Made by a program: the position numbers and the translations under genes. From NCBI GenBank assembly GCA_903827245.1, contig CAIKHO010000021.1, forward strand, positions 90,144 through 154,143: a DNA stretch of 64,000 bases, given 5' to 3'. This stretch comes from an uncultured Opitutia bacterium (lineage in GTDB: Bacteria > Verrucomicrobiota > Verrucomicrobiia > Opitutales > Opitutaceae). Numbering within the stretch: position 1 is the first letter of the stretch; every line of letters starts with the position of its first letter. This document shows, piece after piece, positions 34,620 through 43,393 of this stretch. Below the pieces are notes generated by a model, which made no database searches, was not told the DNA's origin, and was given only the letters and a program-made list of their open reading frames with translations.

Positions 34620-36995
34620 CTACGGCCTGAGCTCGAGCGTGTGCTCGGTCTGGCCCGGCAGGAAGGGCGTGGCCTCGCCCCGCACCCACGCCTCGTGGCC
34701 GGCGCGGAAGAATGGCGAGAGCGGATGTCCGCTCTGTCCCCCGGGCATTTCAAAAATGCCCTCGGCCTCATGTCCGGGCGACACGACCAGCCGCAGGCTG
34801 GCGCCGTGCGACCGGCCCTGCAGGCGGGGCATGTCGGCGTCGCCGGGCAGGGGATCGGCCGGCATTTTCAGCCAGCTGGAAAACCAAGACGGCAGCGCGC
34901 CCGCGAGGGGATGGCGGATATCGGCCGTGTTCAGCTGTCCCCACGTGGCCGCCGGCAGTGTCGTGCCCTGCCGGTCCAGTTGGGCGACCGTGCGGTCCAC
35001 CGCGGCCACGAGCAGCTGGTTCCACGTCGTAAAATCCGGGTTCAACAGATGGGCCGGTTTTTCCTGTACCATCGTCCACAGCGCCCCTTCGTAATGGAAA
35101 CGGCGCCAGCTGAAACCGTCGAAGGACTCGGCGCAGGGCGCGAAGATGGGGGTTAACACCAATTCGCTCACCATGGCCCGCCACGAGGCGACCAGGCGGT
35201 AGCTCACGGAATCCGGACTGGCCCGGCCGTCCCATTTTTCCACCAGCGCGCGCAGCTCGGCGCGGGATTTATTTTGCGCGATGACCTCGGGCGTGAGCGT
35301 GGCCAGCAGCAGTTTCTGCCAGCGCGCGAGAAACACGGCGCGGTCGTCGAGCTCGATCGCCAGGAGATCCTTCGGCGTGGCCTTGGCCAGGCCGGCCAGG
35401 TCGTCCCGGATTTGCACCGCGCGGGCCGGCTGGTCATAGCCGCCATCGCCGAGCGCGGCGAGCGCCGGGCCGCCGGCGACACGGTTGTTGGCGGTCCAGA
35501 GCTGGCCGTCCCCGCGGATGACCGGCACGTCGTCGGGCGCAAGCAGGCCGCGCCAGCCGCGGTCGCCGAAATACCACGGCACGGGAAAGCGCCCGTCATA
35601 CCCGAAGCGCTTGGGCAGGCGGCCCGCGATGGTCCACGCAATGCGCCCGTCGGCGCCGGCCACGAGGAAATTCTGCGCGGGAATCCCGGAGCGGTGCGCA
35701 ATGGCGACGGCCTCGTCGACATCACCGGCCGTCTCCAGGTCATCCAGCGTGTAGTTCGCCGCGGCCGGATCCTGTGCGACCCAATGCAGGGCGAGCGGCC
35801 GGGTCTTTTCATCGGTGCCGATGATCGGGCCCCACTCGGTCCAGGTCGTGTCGAGTTCCACGGGATCGCCGCCCTTCACGAGGATCTTTTCCTTTCGTTG
35901 CTCGAACGGCGCCTGTTGGCCGTCGTAGGACGAATATTTCGTGTGGTCATAGACGCTGACCTGGACGGTGACGAGGTCGGCCGTGTCGGCGCAGGCGTTG
36001 GTGAAGCCCCAGGCGATGCGGCCATTGCTGCCGGCCACGATGCTGGGCGCGCCGGGGAGGGTCACGCCGGTGACCTTGTGGCCGCCCCATTCCAACGAGG
36101 CCCGGTACCAGGTGTTGGGGACGCGCAGGGTGAGATGCATGTCATTCGCCAGCAGGGCTGCGCCACTGGCGGTGCGGTTGCCGGCGAGGGCAAAACTGTT
36201 TGACCCGGGACTGAACGCGGGCGGGTCGTCCAGGGCGACGGCGGGCGGCCGGACAGCGCCCGCCGTGCGCAGATCGATCGCCTGCGGGCCCGGCATGGCG
36301 GCGGCGGGAGCGGTGCTGCCATCAAGCGCGGCGTCATCGGTGGAAACGAGCGGGGCGAAAAACGCCACCGCGGCACTGCCGAGATGGTCCCGCAGCGCGG
36401 TGAGTGAACGTTCGTAGCGAACGGAGCCATCCTGCAGCTCGAGGGTCATGGCGTAAATCAAGAGCACCGAATCCTCGGACCGCCATGGCTGGGGCTCGGT
36501 GCGCAGCAGGTAATATTCGAATGGTTTGGCGTGCAGGGCGGTGAGGCCGGCGTTGACCCCGGTGGCATAGGCGTCGAGCAGGGCGTGTTCCTCGGGGGCG
36601 AGGCGAGCCAGCACAGTGCGCGCAAGGGGCCGAAAACCGTAAAGGCGCGTGGCCTTGTCGACCGGCAGCGCCGCCGGGCCCAGGATCTCGGCGAGTTCGC
36701 CGGCAGCGTGGCGGCGCAGGGTGTCCATCTGGAAAAAGCGGTCCTGCGCATGGAGGTAACCGAGCGCGCGGGCGACATCGAGCCGGCTGGCGCCGCGCAG
36801 GGTCGGCACACCGAGGGCATCGCGCGTGACGGTGACGGGTCCGCTCAAACCGGGGAGGGAGGCTTGGCCGTCAAGCTGGGGCAGGCTCGCGTGAAACTTG
36901 ATGTAATACCAGGCGCCGAGCGCAGCCGCTCCCACGACCAGCACACTGAGGACGCTGGCGAGCAGGCGGAGCCGTTTGGTGACTGTCGGACTCAT
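34620..36995 (-). CDS. Penicillin/AHL acylase family (S45 Ntn-hydrolase)
   Basis: ORF 34620..36995(-). YLHAQDRFFQMD, SNSFALAGNRTASGAALLANDMHL (Ser nucleophile context). Confidence 0.88.
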   Translation of the reverse strand: MSPTVTKRLRLLASVLSVLVVGAAALGAWYYIKFHASLPQLDGQASLPGLSGPVTVTRDALGVPTLRGASRLDVARALGYLHAQDRFFQMDTLRRHAAGELAEILGPAALPVDKATRLYGFRPLARTVLARLAPEEHALLDAYATGVNAGLTALHAKPFEYYLLRTEPQPWRSEDSVLLIYAMTLELQDGSVRYERSLTALRDHLGSAAVAFFAPLVSTDDAALDGSTAPAAAMPGPQAIDLRTAGAVRPPAVALDDPPAFSPGSNSFALAGNRTASGAALLANDMHLTLRVPNTWYRASLEWGGHKVTGVTLPGAPSIVAGSNGRIAWGFTNACADTADLVTVQVSVYDHTKYSSYDGQQAPFEQRKEKILVKGGDPVELDTTWTEWGPIIGTDEKTRPLALHWVAQDPAAANYTLDDLETAGDVDEAVAIAHRSGIPAQNFLVAGADGRIAWTIAGRLPKRFGYDGRFPVPWYFGDRGWRGLLAPDDVPVIRGDGQLWTANNRVAGGPALAALGDGGYDQPARAVQIRDDLAGLAKATPKDLLAIELDDRAVFLARWQKLLLATLTPEVIAQNKSRAELRALVEKWDGRASPDSVSYRLVASWRAMVSELVLTPIFAPCAESFDGFSWRRFHYEGALWTMVQEKPAHLLNPDFTTWNQLLVAAVDRTVAQLDRQGTTLPAATWGQLNTADIRHPLAGALPSWFSSWLKMPADPLPGDADMPRLQGRSHGASLRLVVSPGHEAEGIFEMPGGQSGHPLSPFFRAGHEAWVRGEATPFLPGQTEHTLELRP

Positions 36996-37477
36996 AATGC
37001 GAACGCCCGCCGGATTTTTCCAACGAGCGCGTCCGGCGTTTCCGCCACATCGAGCCTGAGCGAATCCTGCGGCGCCTCGAGGGCCTCAAACTGTGACCGG
37101 AGCATTTCGGGCTTCATGAAATGGTCCTTCCGCTGGTTGAGCCGGTTTAGGATGAGATCGAAGTCGCCGCTGAGGAACACCAGCTTCACCTTGGCCGGGT
37201 CGGTGACCAGCTGCGTGCGGTAGCGTTCCTTCAGCGCGGAACAGGTCACAACGGTGTTTTCGCCGCGCGCGAGGCAGGCCTCGATATGCCCGCGAATGGC
37301 GGCGAGCCACGGCGCTCGGTCGGCATCGGTCAGCGGCAGGCCGGCGCTCATCCTGGCAATGTTGGCCGCCGGATGGAAATCGTCCGCATCGCGAAAGCTC
37401 CAGCCCAGCGCCGAGGCCAGTTGCAGGCCGATGGTCGTCTTGCCGCTGCCGGCCACGCCCATGAGCAGGAGGATCAC
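36992..37477 (-). CDS. gntK: Gluconokinase
   Basis: ORF 36992..37477(-). LMGVAGSGKTT, DADDFHP, CSALK, GDFD..RL..RK.HF blocks parallel E. coli GntK. Its stop overlaps the acylase ATG (ATGA). Confidence 0.85.
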   Translation of the reverse strand: MILLLMGVAGSGKTTIGLQLASALGWSFRDADDFHPAANIARMSAGLPLTDADRAPWLAAIRGHIEACLARGENTVVTCSALKERYRTQLVTDPAKVKLVFLSGDFDLILNRLNQRKDHFMKPEMLRSQFEALEAPQDSLRLDVAETPDALVGKIRRAFAL

Positions 37478-37929
37478 GACGGCGGCAATTCCCAGGCTCG
37501 CGTGGCGACGGGATCGCGATCCTCGTCGAATTCATTCAGGTCGAAGAACGTCTCGATCGGTTTTCCCGTCAGGCCGAACGCGACGAGGCGCTGCTGCAGG
37601 ATGGCTGAGCGATCGTCGCGCCAGCCAACCTTCATCAAGAAACGCGACCAGATGTTGCACTGGTCGTCGGTGCGCGGTCCGCCCTGTTCATGACACCAGG
37701 CGAGAATTTCGTCGTCGGTCCCGCCGGCCAGCACCCGCGACTTCAATGCACCGTAGTCAACGCCCAGGAACGTGCAGGTGCGCCCGTCGAAGCCGATGCC
37801 AAGGTTGCCGTGGTAATCGGCGGGCAGCTTGCCGGCGGCATGCAGACGGATCTTGTCGAGCATGCGACCGAAATAAACGAGGCGGCCGACTTGGGCGTAG
37901 CAACTGCGGAGTCCGGGAACGTGAGGCAT
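37474..37929 (-). CDS. DUF5069 domain protein
   Basis: ORF 37474..38343(-) trimmed to MPHVPGLRS (ATG complement 37927-37929). FGRMLDKIRLHAAGKLPADY. Its stop overlaps the gntK ATG. Confidence 0.7.
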   Translation of the reverse strand: MPHVPGLRSCYAQVGRLVYFGRMLDKIRLHAAGKLPADYHGNLGIGFDGRTCTFLGVDYGALKSRVLAGGTDDEILAWCHEQGGPRTDDQCNIWSRFLMKVGWRDDRSAILQQRLVAFGLTGKPIETFFDLNEFDEDRDPVATRAWELPPS

Positions 37930-37994
37930 GGGATGGAACGGAAAAAGCAGAATGCAAGTGAGCCGGGGGCAAGGCGCAACCGCCAATCGGGCTG

Positions 37995-38273
37995 TCAGGT
38001 CCGCCCGAAATAATACACTGCAGTGCAGAGCAAGGCGAAGGCGACGGTGGGGGCGACGACCCACAACGGGTCGATCGGCACCCGGTATTTTTCGATCAAC
38101 CAGGTCATCAGCCAGCATTTCCCTGCGATCAGCGCCCAGCCGAGCAGGATGATCCGCTCGATACGCGGGTTGCGCCGGGGTTTCAGCCGGATTGCGACCT
38201 CCTTGACGAAGGCGAGGTCGTAATCGCCCGGCGGCGGCCGGCCGGTGATCAGTTGGATCAGGTTCGCGAACAT
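37995..38273 (-). CDS. Small two-TM membrane protein, hypothetical
   Basis: ORF 37995..38492(-) trimmed to MFANLIQ (ATG complement 38271-38273). High third-position GC and two hydrophobic helices; the upstream extension looks non-coding. Confidence 0.5.
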   Translation of the reverse strand: MFANLIQLITGRPPPGDYDLAFVKEVAIRLKPRRNPRIERIILLGWALIAGKCWLMTWLIEKYRVPIDPLWVVAPTVAFALLCTAVYYFGRT

Positions 38274-38496
38274 TGCTTCCGGCACCGTAGCCGGGGCGGC
38301 GGAAAAGAAAAGCGCTGTCGCGCGATGAACGTTGCGAGGGCAACGCGACCGCAGACGCGAGGCCATGGTCAAAAGCAGATGGGTCTCTGGCCCGTTGTGA
38401 ATAGCTCTGAAGGGCAGGCCAGAGACCGACCCTCTCTTGGGTGCGAAAAGCACCCCGTGGAGATTATGCTCGCTGAAGCCGGGCTTCGACATATAT

Positions 38497-38516
38497 TAGC
38501 CAGATAATGGCTAGCC
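38497..38516 (+). promoter_or_regulatory. Candidate operator: TAGCCA-N5-TGGCTA inverted repeat spanning the ATG of the XRE regulator
   Basis: TAGCCAGATAATGGCTAGCC. 6-5-6 inverted repeat plus an overlapping GGCTAGCC palindrome in an AT-richer patch. Confidence 0.25.
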
Positions 38517-38923
38517 AAAAAAAGTATAAAAACGAAGGCGTGGACACGGAGCCAGGTACTTTCGGCAGTTTTCTGCGCCAGTTACGTGAACAGAGCGACC
38601 TGCCCTTGCGGGCGGTGGCCGCGGCCGCGGGAATGGACCAGGCGCACCTGAGCAAGGCGGAGCTGGGCCAGCGACTTCCCACGGCCGCCCAGACGGAGGC
38701 GCTGGCCCGCTTTTTCCGGCAGGACCCGCTGGAGTGGGAGGCCCGCCGAATCGCCCAGAAATTCCGTCAGGATCACTCCGGCAACCCTGCGGCCATAAGG
38801 GCGGTCGTGATGTTGCAAACGAGCCGGACCGCGGAAGCCTCGGCTTCAGCTGAGATCCCAGCCGTCGCAGATAAGCCCGGGCCGCAGGCCGGCAGCGGAG
38901 TCATGGTTTTACACGCGGACTAG
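38507..38923 (+). CDS. XRE-family helix-turn-helix transcriptional regulator
   Basis: ORF 38507..38923(+). FGSFLRQLREQSDLPLRAVAAAAGMDQAHLSKAELGQR. Confidence 0.75.
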   Translation: MASQKKYKNEGVDTEPGTFGSFLRQLREQSDLPLRAVAAAAGMDQAHLSKAELGQRLPTAAQTEALARFFRQDPLEWEARRIAQKFRQDHSGNPAAIRAVVMLQTSRTAEASASAEIPAVADKPGPQAGSGVMVLHAD

Positions 38924-39069
38924 GGAATGTTTTCAAACTCCATTGGTCGCTTTGAGTTGGAGCAGCGACCTCCCGGTCGCTGTCCGAACGCGACCGGGAG
39001 GTCGCGTCTCCAGCCAGGCAATTCCGCTGTACGGAGAATAAAAGTGGGACGAATCACGATTTTGAAAAC
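38921..39069. repeat. Family C element, full-length MITE-like copy C3
   Basis: TAGGGAATGTTTTCAAAC...TTGGAGCAGCGACCTCCCGGTCGCTGTCCGAACGCGACCGGGAGGTCGCGTCTCCA...ATTTTGAAAAC. Terminal inverted repeats plus an internal palindrome. Confidence 0.85.
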
Positions 39070-39092
39070 AGGCTCTGGGCGGCGCGTTCCCT

Positions 39093-40640
39093 TCAGCGCC
39101 CGGTGAGTGTCGCAAGATCGCGCAGGTAAGTCGTGGTTCCGCCTGCGAGTGCCTCCAGCTGGGAGGCGCGGTATCGCCATTGCCAATTGCCGGCGGGCCG
39201 GCCGGGGCTGTTAAACCTCGCCTCCGAACCGAGGCTGAGGATGTCCTGCATGGGGATGACGGCCAGGCGGCTCACCGCGGCATAGGCAGTGCGGATGAAA
39301 TCCCAGCCTGCGTCCTGTCCATTCACGCGCAGGTAGCGGCGCACATGGTCGCGGTCCTTCTCGGGGGCGGCGGCGTACCAGCCGAGCGAGGTATCGTTGT
39401 CGTGGGTTCCGGGATAGATGACGCCGTTGCCCACGAGGTTGTGCGGCAGGTAGAGGTTCCGGGCATCGCTGCCGAACGCAAATTGCAGGATGGCCATGCC
39501 GGGCAGGCCGGTCGCATCGCGCAATTCGACCACCTCGGGCGTGAGCACACCCAAGTCCTCGGCGATGATCTTGGCGTCGGGAAACGCGCCCTGCACGGAA
39601 TGGAAAAAGTCCAGTCCCGGGCCTGGCGTCCATGCGCCTATGCGGGCGGTTTTTGCCGGGAAGGGAATGCGCCAGTAGGAATCGAAGCCGCGGAAATGGT
39701 CGATGCGGACGACGTCGTACAGCGCGAACGAGGCGCGCAGACGCTCGTGCCACCAGGAATAGTTGTCCGCGGCATGACGCGGCCAGAGATAGAGCGGGTT
39801 GCCCCAGAGTTGCCCGTCGGCCGAGAAGTAATCGGGCGGAACCCCGGCGACGGCGAGCGGCAGGCCGGTCTGTGGGTTGAGCTCAAACAGGTCGGGATGG
39901 GCCCACACGTCCGCGGAGTCGGCCGCAACGAAGATGGGAATGTCGCCCACCACCTCGATTCCCCGCTGCGTCGCGCCTTCCTTGACCCGGGCCCACTGGC
40001 CGAAAAAGGCATACTGGGTAAACCGATGCGCCTCGATGGCATGGCCCAACTCGCGGTGCAGCGGGGAGGAGGCCGCCTGTTCAAGGCTGCGGACCTCGGC
40101 GGGCCACTCCCACCAGGGCCGTCCCTTGTGATGATCCTTCAAGGCGCGAAAATAGGCGTAGGCCTCAAGCCAGGAGGCGTTCCGCTGCTTGAAATCCGAA
40201 AAATCGCCGTACAACGGGGGTTCGCCGGCCCGCAGGAAGCGCTCATGGGCCTTGAAGAGCAGCGGCCACTTCCGCTCGTAAACCGCGCCAAAATCCACGC
40301 GGTCGGACCCGAGACTGGCGAGGGGGATCAGATCGGGGGCATCGAGGAGACCATGCTCGATAAACTCACGAAGATCGATGAGGTAGGGATTGCCGGCAAA
40401 GGCCGAGAAGCACTGGTAGGGTGAATCGCCGTAGCCCGTCGGCCCGAGGGGACAAAGCTGCCAGTACTTGAAGCCGGCGGCCTGGAGAAAATCCAGAAAC
40501 CACTCGGCATGCGCATCGAACGTCCCGATGCCCTGGTCGCCCGGCAGCGCAGTCGGGTGGAGCAGCACGCCCGCGCCGCGAGTGGACAGCCAGTTGAAAA
40601 GGGGCGGGGCGGAAGCGTTGCCGGCGGCGGGTTTCGACAT
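39093..40640 (-). CDS. malQ: 4-alpha-glucanotransferase (GH77 amylomaltase)
   Basis: ORF 39093..40640(-). GAGVLLHPTALPG, GDSPYQCFSAFAGNPYLID, VRIDHFRGF, IIAEDLG, GTHDNDT. Confidence 0.93.
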   Translation of the reverse strand: MSKPAAGNASAPPLFNWLSTRGAGVLLHPTALPGDQGIGTFDAHAEWFLDFLQAAGFKYWQLCPLGPTGYGDSPYQCFSAFAGNPYLIDLREFIEHGLLDAPDLIPLASLGSDRVDFGAVYERKWPLLFKAHERFLRAGEPPLYGDFSDFKQRNASWLEAYAYFRALKDHHKGRPWWEWPAEVRSLEQAASSPLHRELGHAIEAHRFTQYAFFGQWARVKEGATQRGIEVVGDIPIFVAADSADVWAHPDLFELNPQTGLPLAVAGVPPDYFSADGQLWGNPLYLWPRHAADNYSWWHERLRASFALYDVVRIDHFRGFDSYWRIPFPAKTARIGAWTPGPGLDFFHSVQGAFPDAKIIAEDLGVLTPEVVELRDATGLPGMAILQFAFGSDARNLYLPHNLVGNGVIYPGTHDNDTSLGWYAAAPEKDRDHVRRYLRVNGQDAGWDFIRTAYAAVSRLAVIPMQDILSLGSEARFNSPGRPAGNWQWRYRASQLEALAGGTTTYLRDLATLTGR

Positions 40641-40803
40641 GGGCGGGAAAGCGAGTGGGCGGGACTGTGGGCGCGCGTGGCACCAAGTGCAGGCTTAAAA
40701 CACGTGCCTTGCACGAGCTGTGCCGGCCGCGGTTTACCCGTTTGATTCTGCGCCGCCGGACACAGGGAACCAAGGCGCGGCAAGCACCGTCATAGACTTC
40801 ATC

Positions 40804-41325
40804 ATGAAAACCCTTCGATTCTTGTTTTCCTTGTTTTCGGGCCTGACGGCAGTCCTGTCGCTCCAGGCCGCCGCCACGCTCAAGATCGACGCTCGCACCG
40901 AGGTCATCTTTTTCGAGCGGGAGAAATTCACCGATGTCAAAGACGGCTTTTCCGAAACCCCCGCGGGTCGCGATGCCATTCTCGCACAGATCAGGGACTA
41001 TCTGGTCAGCCAGGCGAAATGGTATGTGCCCGAAGGACAGAAGCTCACCGTTACCATCACGGATGTCGACTTGGCGGGCGACTTTGAGCCCGGCCGCAAC
41101 CCGCGGATGGACGACGTGCGCATCATCCGGGATATCTATCCGCCGAAGATCAGCCTGGCCTTCAAGCTGGTGGACGCCGACGGCCAGGAGATCAAGCACG
41201 GCACGCGCGACCTGACCGACCTGATGTTCATGAGCAAGCTGGCGATGAACCCGAACGACCCGCTCCGCTATGAGGAGAATCTGCTGGACGACTGGCTGCG
41301 GGCGGACTTCACGCGGGTGAAATAG
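40804..41325 (+). CDS. DUF3016 periplasmic protein
   Basis: ORF 40720..41325(+) trimmed to MKTLRFLFSLF (signal peptide). EKFTDVKD, LTVTITDVDLAGD, IYPPKISL blocks. Confidence 0.75.
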   Translation: MKTLRFLFSLFSGLTAVLSLQAAATLKIDARTEVIFFEREKFTDVKDGFSETPAGRDAILAQIRDYLVSQAKWYVPEGQKLTVTITDVDLAGDFEPGRNPRMDDVRIIRDIYPPKISLAFKLVDADGQEIKHGTRDLTDLMFMSKLAMNPNDPLRYEENLLDDWLRADFTRVK

Positions 41326-41524
41326 GTACGGACTTCACCCCATCCCTGCATTATTTGCCTTGCGTTCCCCCCTTGCCTCTGCGGTCCTCGCGACCGTCGT
41401 TAGAGAAAGCGTTAGGTGACAGGATCTGGTGAGTCGTTGGCTGAGTCGTTTGGCTTAAGTGATGATTTCGAAACCCACGGTGGGAACGGAACTGGCAGCG
41501 GACGGTGGATCTACGAAATATCAC

Positions 41525-41899
41525 ATGAGCAATTCCAAACTGTACGTCGGCAATATGTCTTTTAAGACGACCGAAGACGAACTCCGCACGGCCTTTGGCC
41601 AGTTCGGCAGCGTCACCGACGTTTACGTCGCCATGGACAAGATGACCGGCCGCCCCCGCGGCTTCGCGTTCGTCACCATGGGCACGGCCGAAGAGGCCAA
41701 AGTCGCGGCTGAAAAACTGAACGGCGTCGATCTCGGCGGCCGCGCCCTGACTGTCAATGAGGCCCGTCCGAAGGAAGAGCGCCCGGGTGGCGGCTTCGGC
41801 GGCGGCGGCGGTGGCCGTGGCTTCGGCGGTGGCGGCGGTCGCGACCGTGGCGGCTTCGGCGGTGGCGGCGGCCGCGATCGCGGCGAGCGCCGTTACTAA
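41525..41899 (+). CDS. RRM-type RNA-binding protein with Gly/Arg-rich tail
   Basis: ORF 41459..41899(+) trimmed to [13 protein letters not shown] (RNP-2) with RGFAFVTM (RNP-1); C-terminal [17 protein letters not shown]. Confidence 0.9.
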   Translation: MSNSKLYVGNMSFKTTEDELRTAFGQFGSVTDVYVAMDKMTGRPRGFAFVTMGTAEEAKVAAEKLNGVDLGGRALTVNEARPKEERPGGGFGGGGGGRGFGGGGGRDRGGFGGGGGRDRGERRY

Positions 41900-41929
41900 T
41901 CCGTTTTCGACCTAAGAATCGATTTTCCA

Positions 41930-41967
41930 GGGACGGAGCTCCTCCGGGGCTCCGTCCCTTTTCTTTT
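41930..41967 (+). terminator. Intrinsic terminator after the RRM gene
   Basis: GGGACGGAGC-loop-GCTCCGTCCC followed by TTTTCTTTT. Confidence 0.8.
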
Positions 41968-41984
41968 CCGCTGCCGGCGACGGT

Positions 41985-42047
41985 GGTGGAGCGCGTTGAT
42001 CGTAACGCGCCCGGGTAGTTTGCGTTCAAGCCGCCCGACCTCGATCG
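41985..42047. repeat. Family G partial copy G2
   Basis: GGTGGAGCGCGTTGATCGTAACGCGC shares the G1 arm; the rest is more diverged. Confidence 0.4.
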
Positions 42048-42062
42048 CCTGACATTTCATTT

Positions 42063-43289
42063 ATGCCTTTTAAAGCTCTCAATCTTTCCGATCCCGTGCT
42101 CCGCGGCGTGCAAGCCGCCGGTTACACCGATCCCACTCCCATCCAGCTGCGCGCGATTCCCGCCGTGCTGACGGGCCGCGATCTCATTGCCTCCGCTCAG
42201 ACCGGCACCGGCAAGACCGCCGCGTTTGCCCTGCCCATCCTCACGCGCCTCGGCGCCCACGGCCGCGCCCGCGTGCTCGTGCTTGAGCCCACCCGCGAGC
42301 TCGCCGCGCAGGTCGAGACCGCGTTCCGCGATTTCGCCCGTTTCACCGACCTCCGCACCGTCGCCATCTTCGGCGGTGTCGGCTACGGCGTCCAGCGCAC
42401 CGAACTCCGGCGCGGCGTCGACATCATGGTGGCCACGCCCGGCCGCCTGATGGACTACCTCAAGGAGGGCACCATCAACCTCCGCGACATCACGATCCTC
42501 GTCCTCGATGAGGTCGACCGGATGCTCGACATGGGCTTCCTGCCCGCGGTGAAGGACATCATCGCCCGTTGCCCGCGCGAGCGGCAGACGCTGTTTTTCT
42601 CCGCCACCGTGCCGCCCGAGATCGCAGCCGTCGCCTCATTCGCGCTCCGCGACCCGACCAAGGTCGAGATCGGCGTGAGCCGGTCCGTCACGCAGTCCGT
42701 CACGCACGCGCTTTATCCCGTGGCGCACGACCAGAAGTTCGAACTGCTGCTCGCGCTGCTCGCGAAGATCGACTTCGACAGCGTGCTGGTATTTTCCCGC
42801 ACCAAGCACGGGGCGGACAAGATCGCGCGCAAGCTCAAGACCGCCAACCATTCCGTCGCGGTCCTGCACGCCAACCGCTCACAGAACCAGCGGATCGAGG
42901 CCCTCGCCGGATTCAAGAGCGGCAAATACGAGGTGATGGTCGCGACCGACATCGCCGCGCGCGGCATCGACGTCGCGGGCGTCTCGCACGTGATCAACTA
43001 TGATGTCCCGGAAAAACCCGAGGACTACGTCCATCGCATCGGCCGCACCGGCCGTGCGCAAGCGGTCGGCGACGCTTTCACGCTCGTCACGCCCGAGAAT
43101 GCGGGCGACATCCGCGATATCCAGCGCTTCATCGGCCAGAAGATTCCCGAGCTCCGGCTCGAGGGTTTTCCCTACCAGCCCTTCACCGCCCGCCCGGTCC
43201 AGCCCGAGCAATCGCGGGGCGGCCAGCGCCCGCGCCAAGGCCAAGGCGGCGGCTGGAACCGCTTCGGCGGCGGTCGTGGTCGGCGCTGA
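42063..43289 (+). CDS. DEAD-box ATP-dependent RNA helicase (RhlE-like)
   Basis: ORF 42063..43289(+). Q-motif, AQTGTGKT, DEVD, SAT, HRIGRTGRA. Confidence 0.93.
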   Translation: MPFKALNLSDPVLRGVQAAGYTDPTPIQLRAIPAVLTGRDLIASAQTGTGKTAAFALPILTRLGAHGRARVLVLEPTRELAAQVETAFRDFARFTDLRTVAIFGGVGYGVQRTELRRGVDIMVATPGRLMDYLKEGTINLRDITILVLDEVDRMLDMGFLPAVKDIIARCPRERQTLFFSATVPPEIAAVASFALRDPTKVEIGVSRSVTQSVTHALYPVAHDQKFELLLALLAKIDFDSVLVFSRTKHGADKIARKLKTANHSVAVLHANRSQNQRIEALAGFKSGKYEVMVATDIAARGIDVAGVSHVINYDVPEKPEDYVHRIGRTGRAQAVGDAFTLVTPENAGDIRDIQRFIGQKIPELRLEGFPYQPFTARPVQPEQSRGGQRPRQGQGGGWNRFGGGRGRR

Positions 43290-43300
43290 GCGGCGGCAAG

Positions 43301-43340
43301 CATAGGACCTATGTTTCCCATAGGTCTTATGCGACCTATC
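43301..43340. repeat. Element M: ATAGGACCTATG / CATAGGTCTTAT hairpin plus a third half-site
   Basis: CATAGGACCTATGTTTCCCATAGGTCTTATGCGACCTATC, immediately after the helicase stop codon. Confidence 0.55.
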
Positions 43341-43393
43341 CCTGAAATCCCGAGTGCTTGCGCGCGCGCACCGAAAGTGCCCAGCATCGCGGC

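Noticed and set aside
41790-41890. GGC/GGT-rich repetitive DNA at the end of the RRM gene, and the Pro-codon-rich DNA at 46200-46950
   Set aside because: Both are in-frame low-complexity coding sequence (a Gly/Arg tail and a Pro-rich linker). They are not non-coding tandem repeats.
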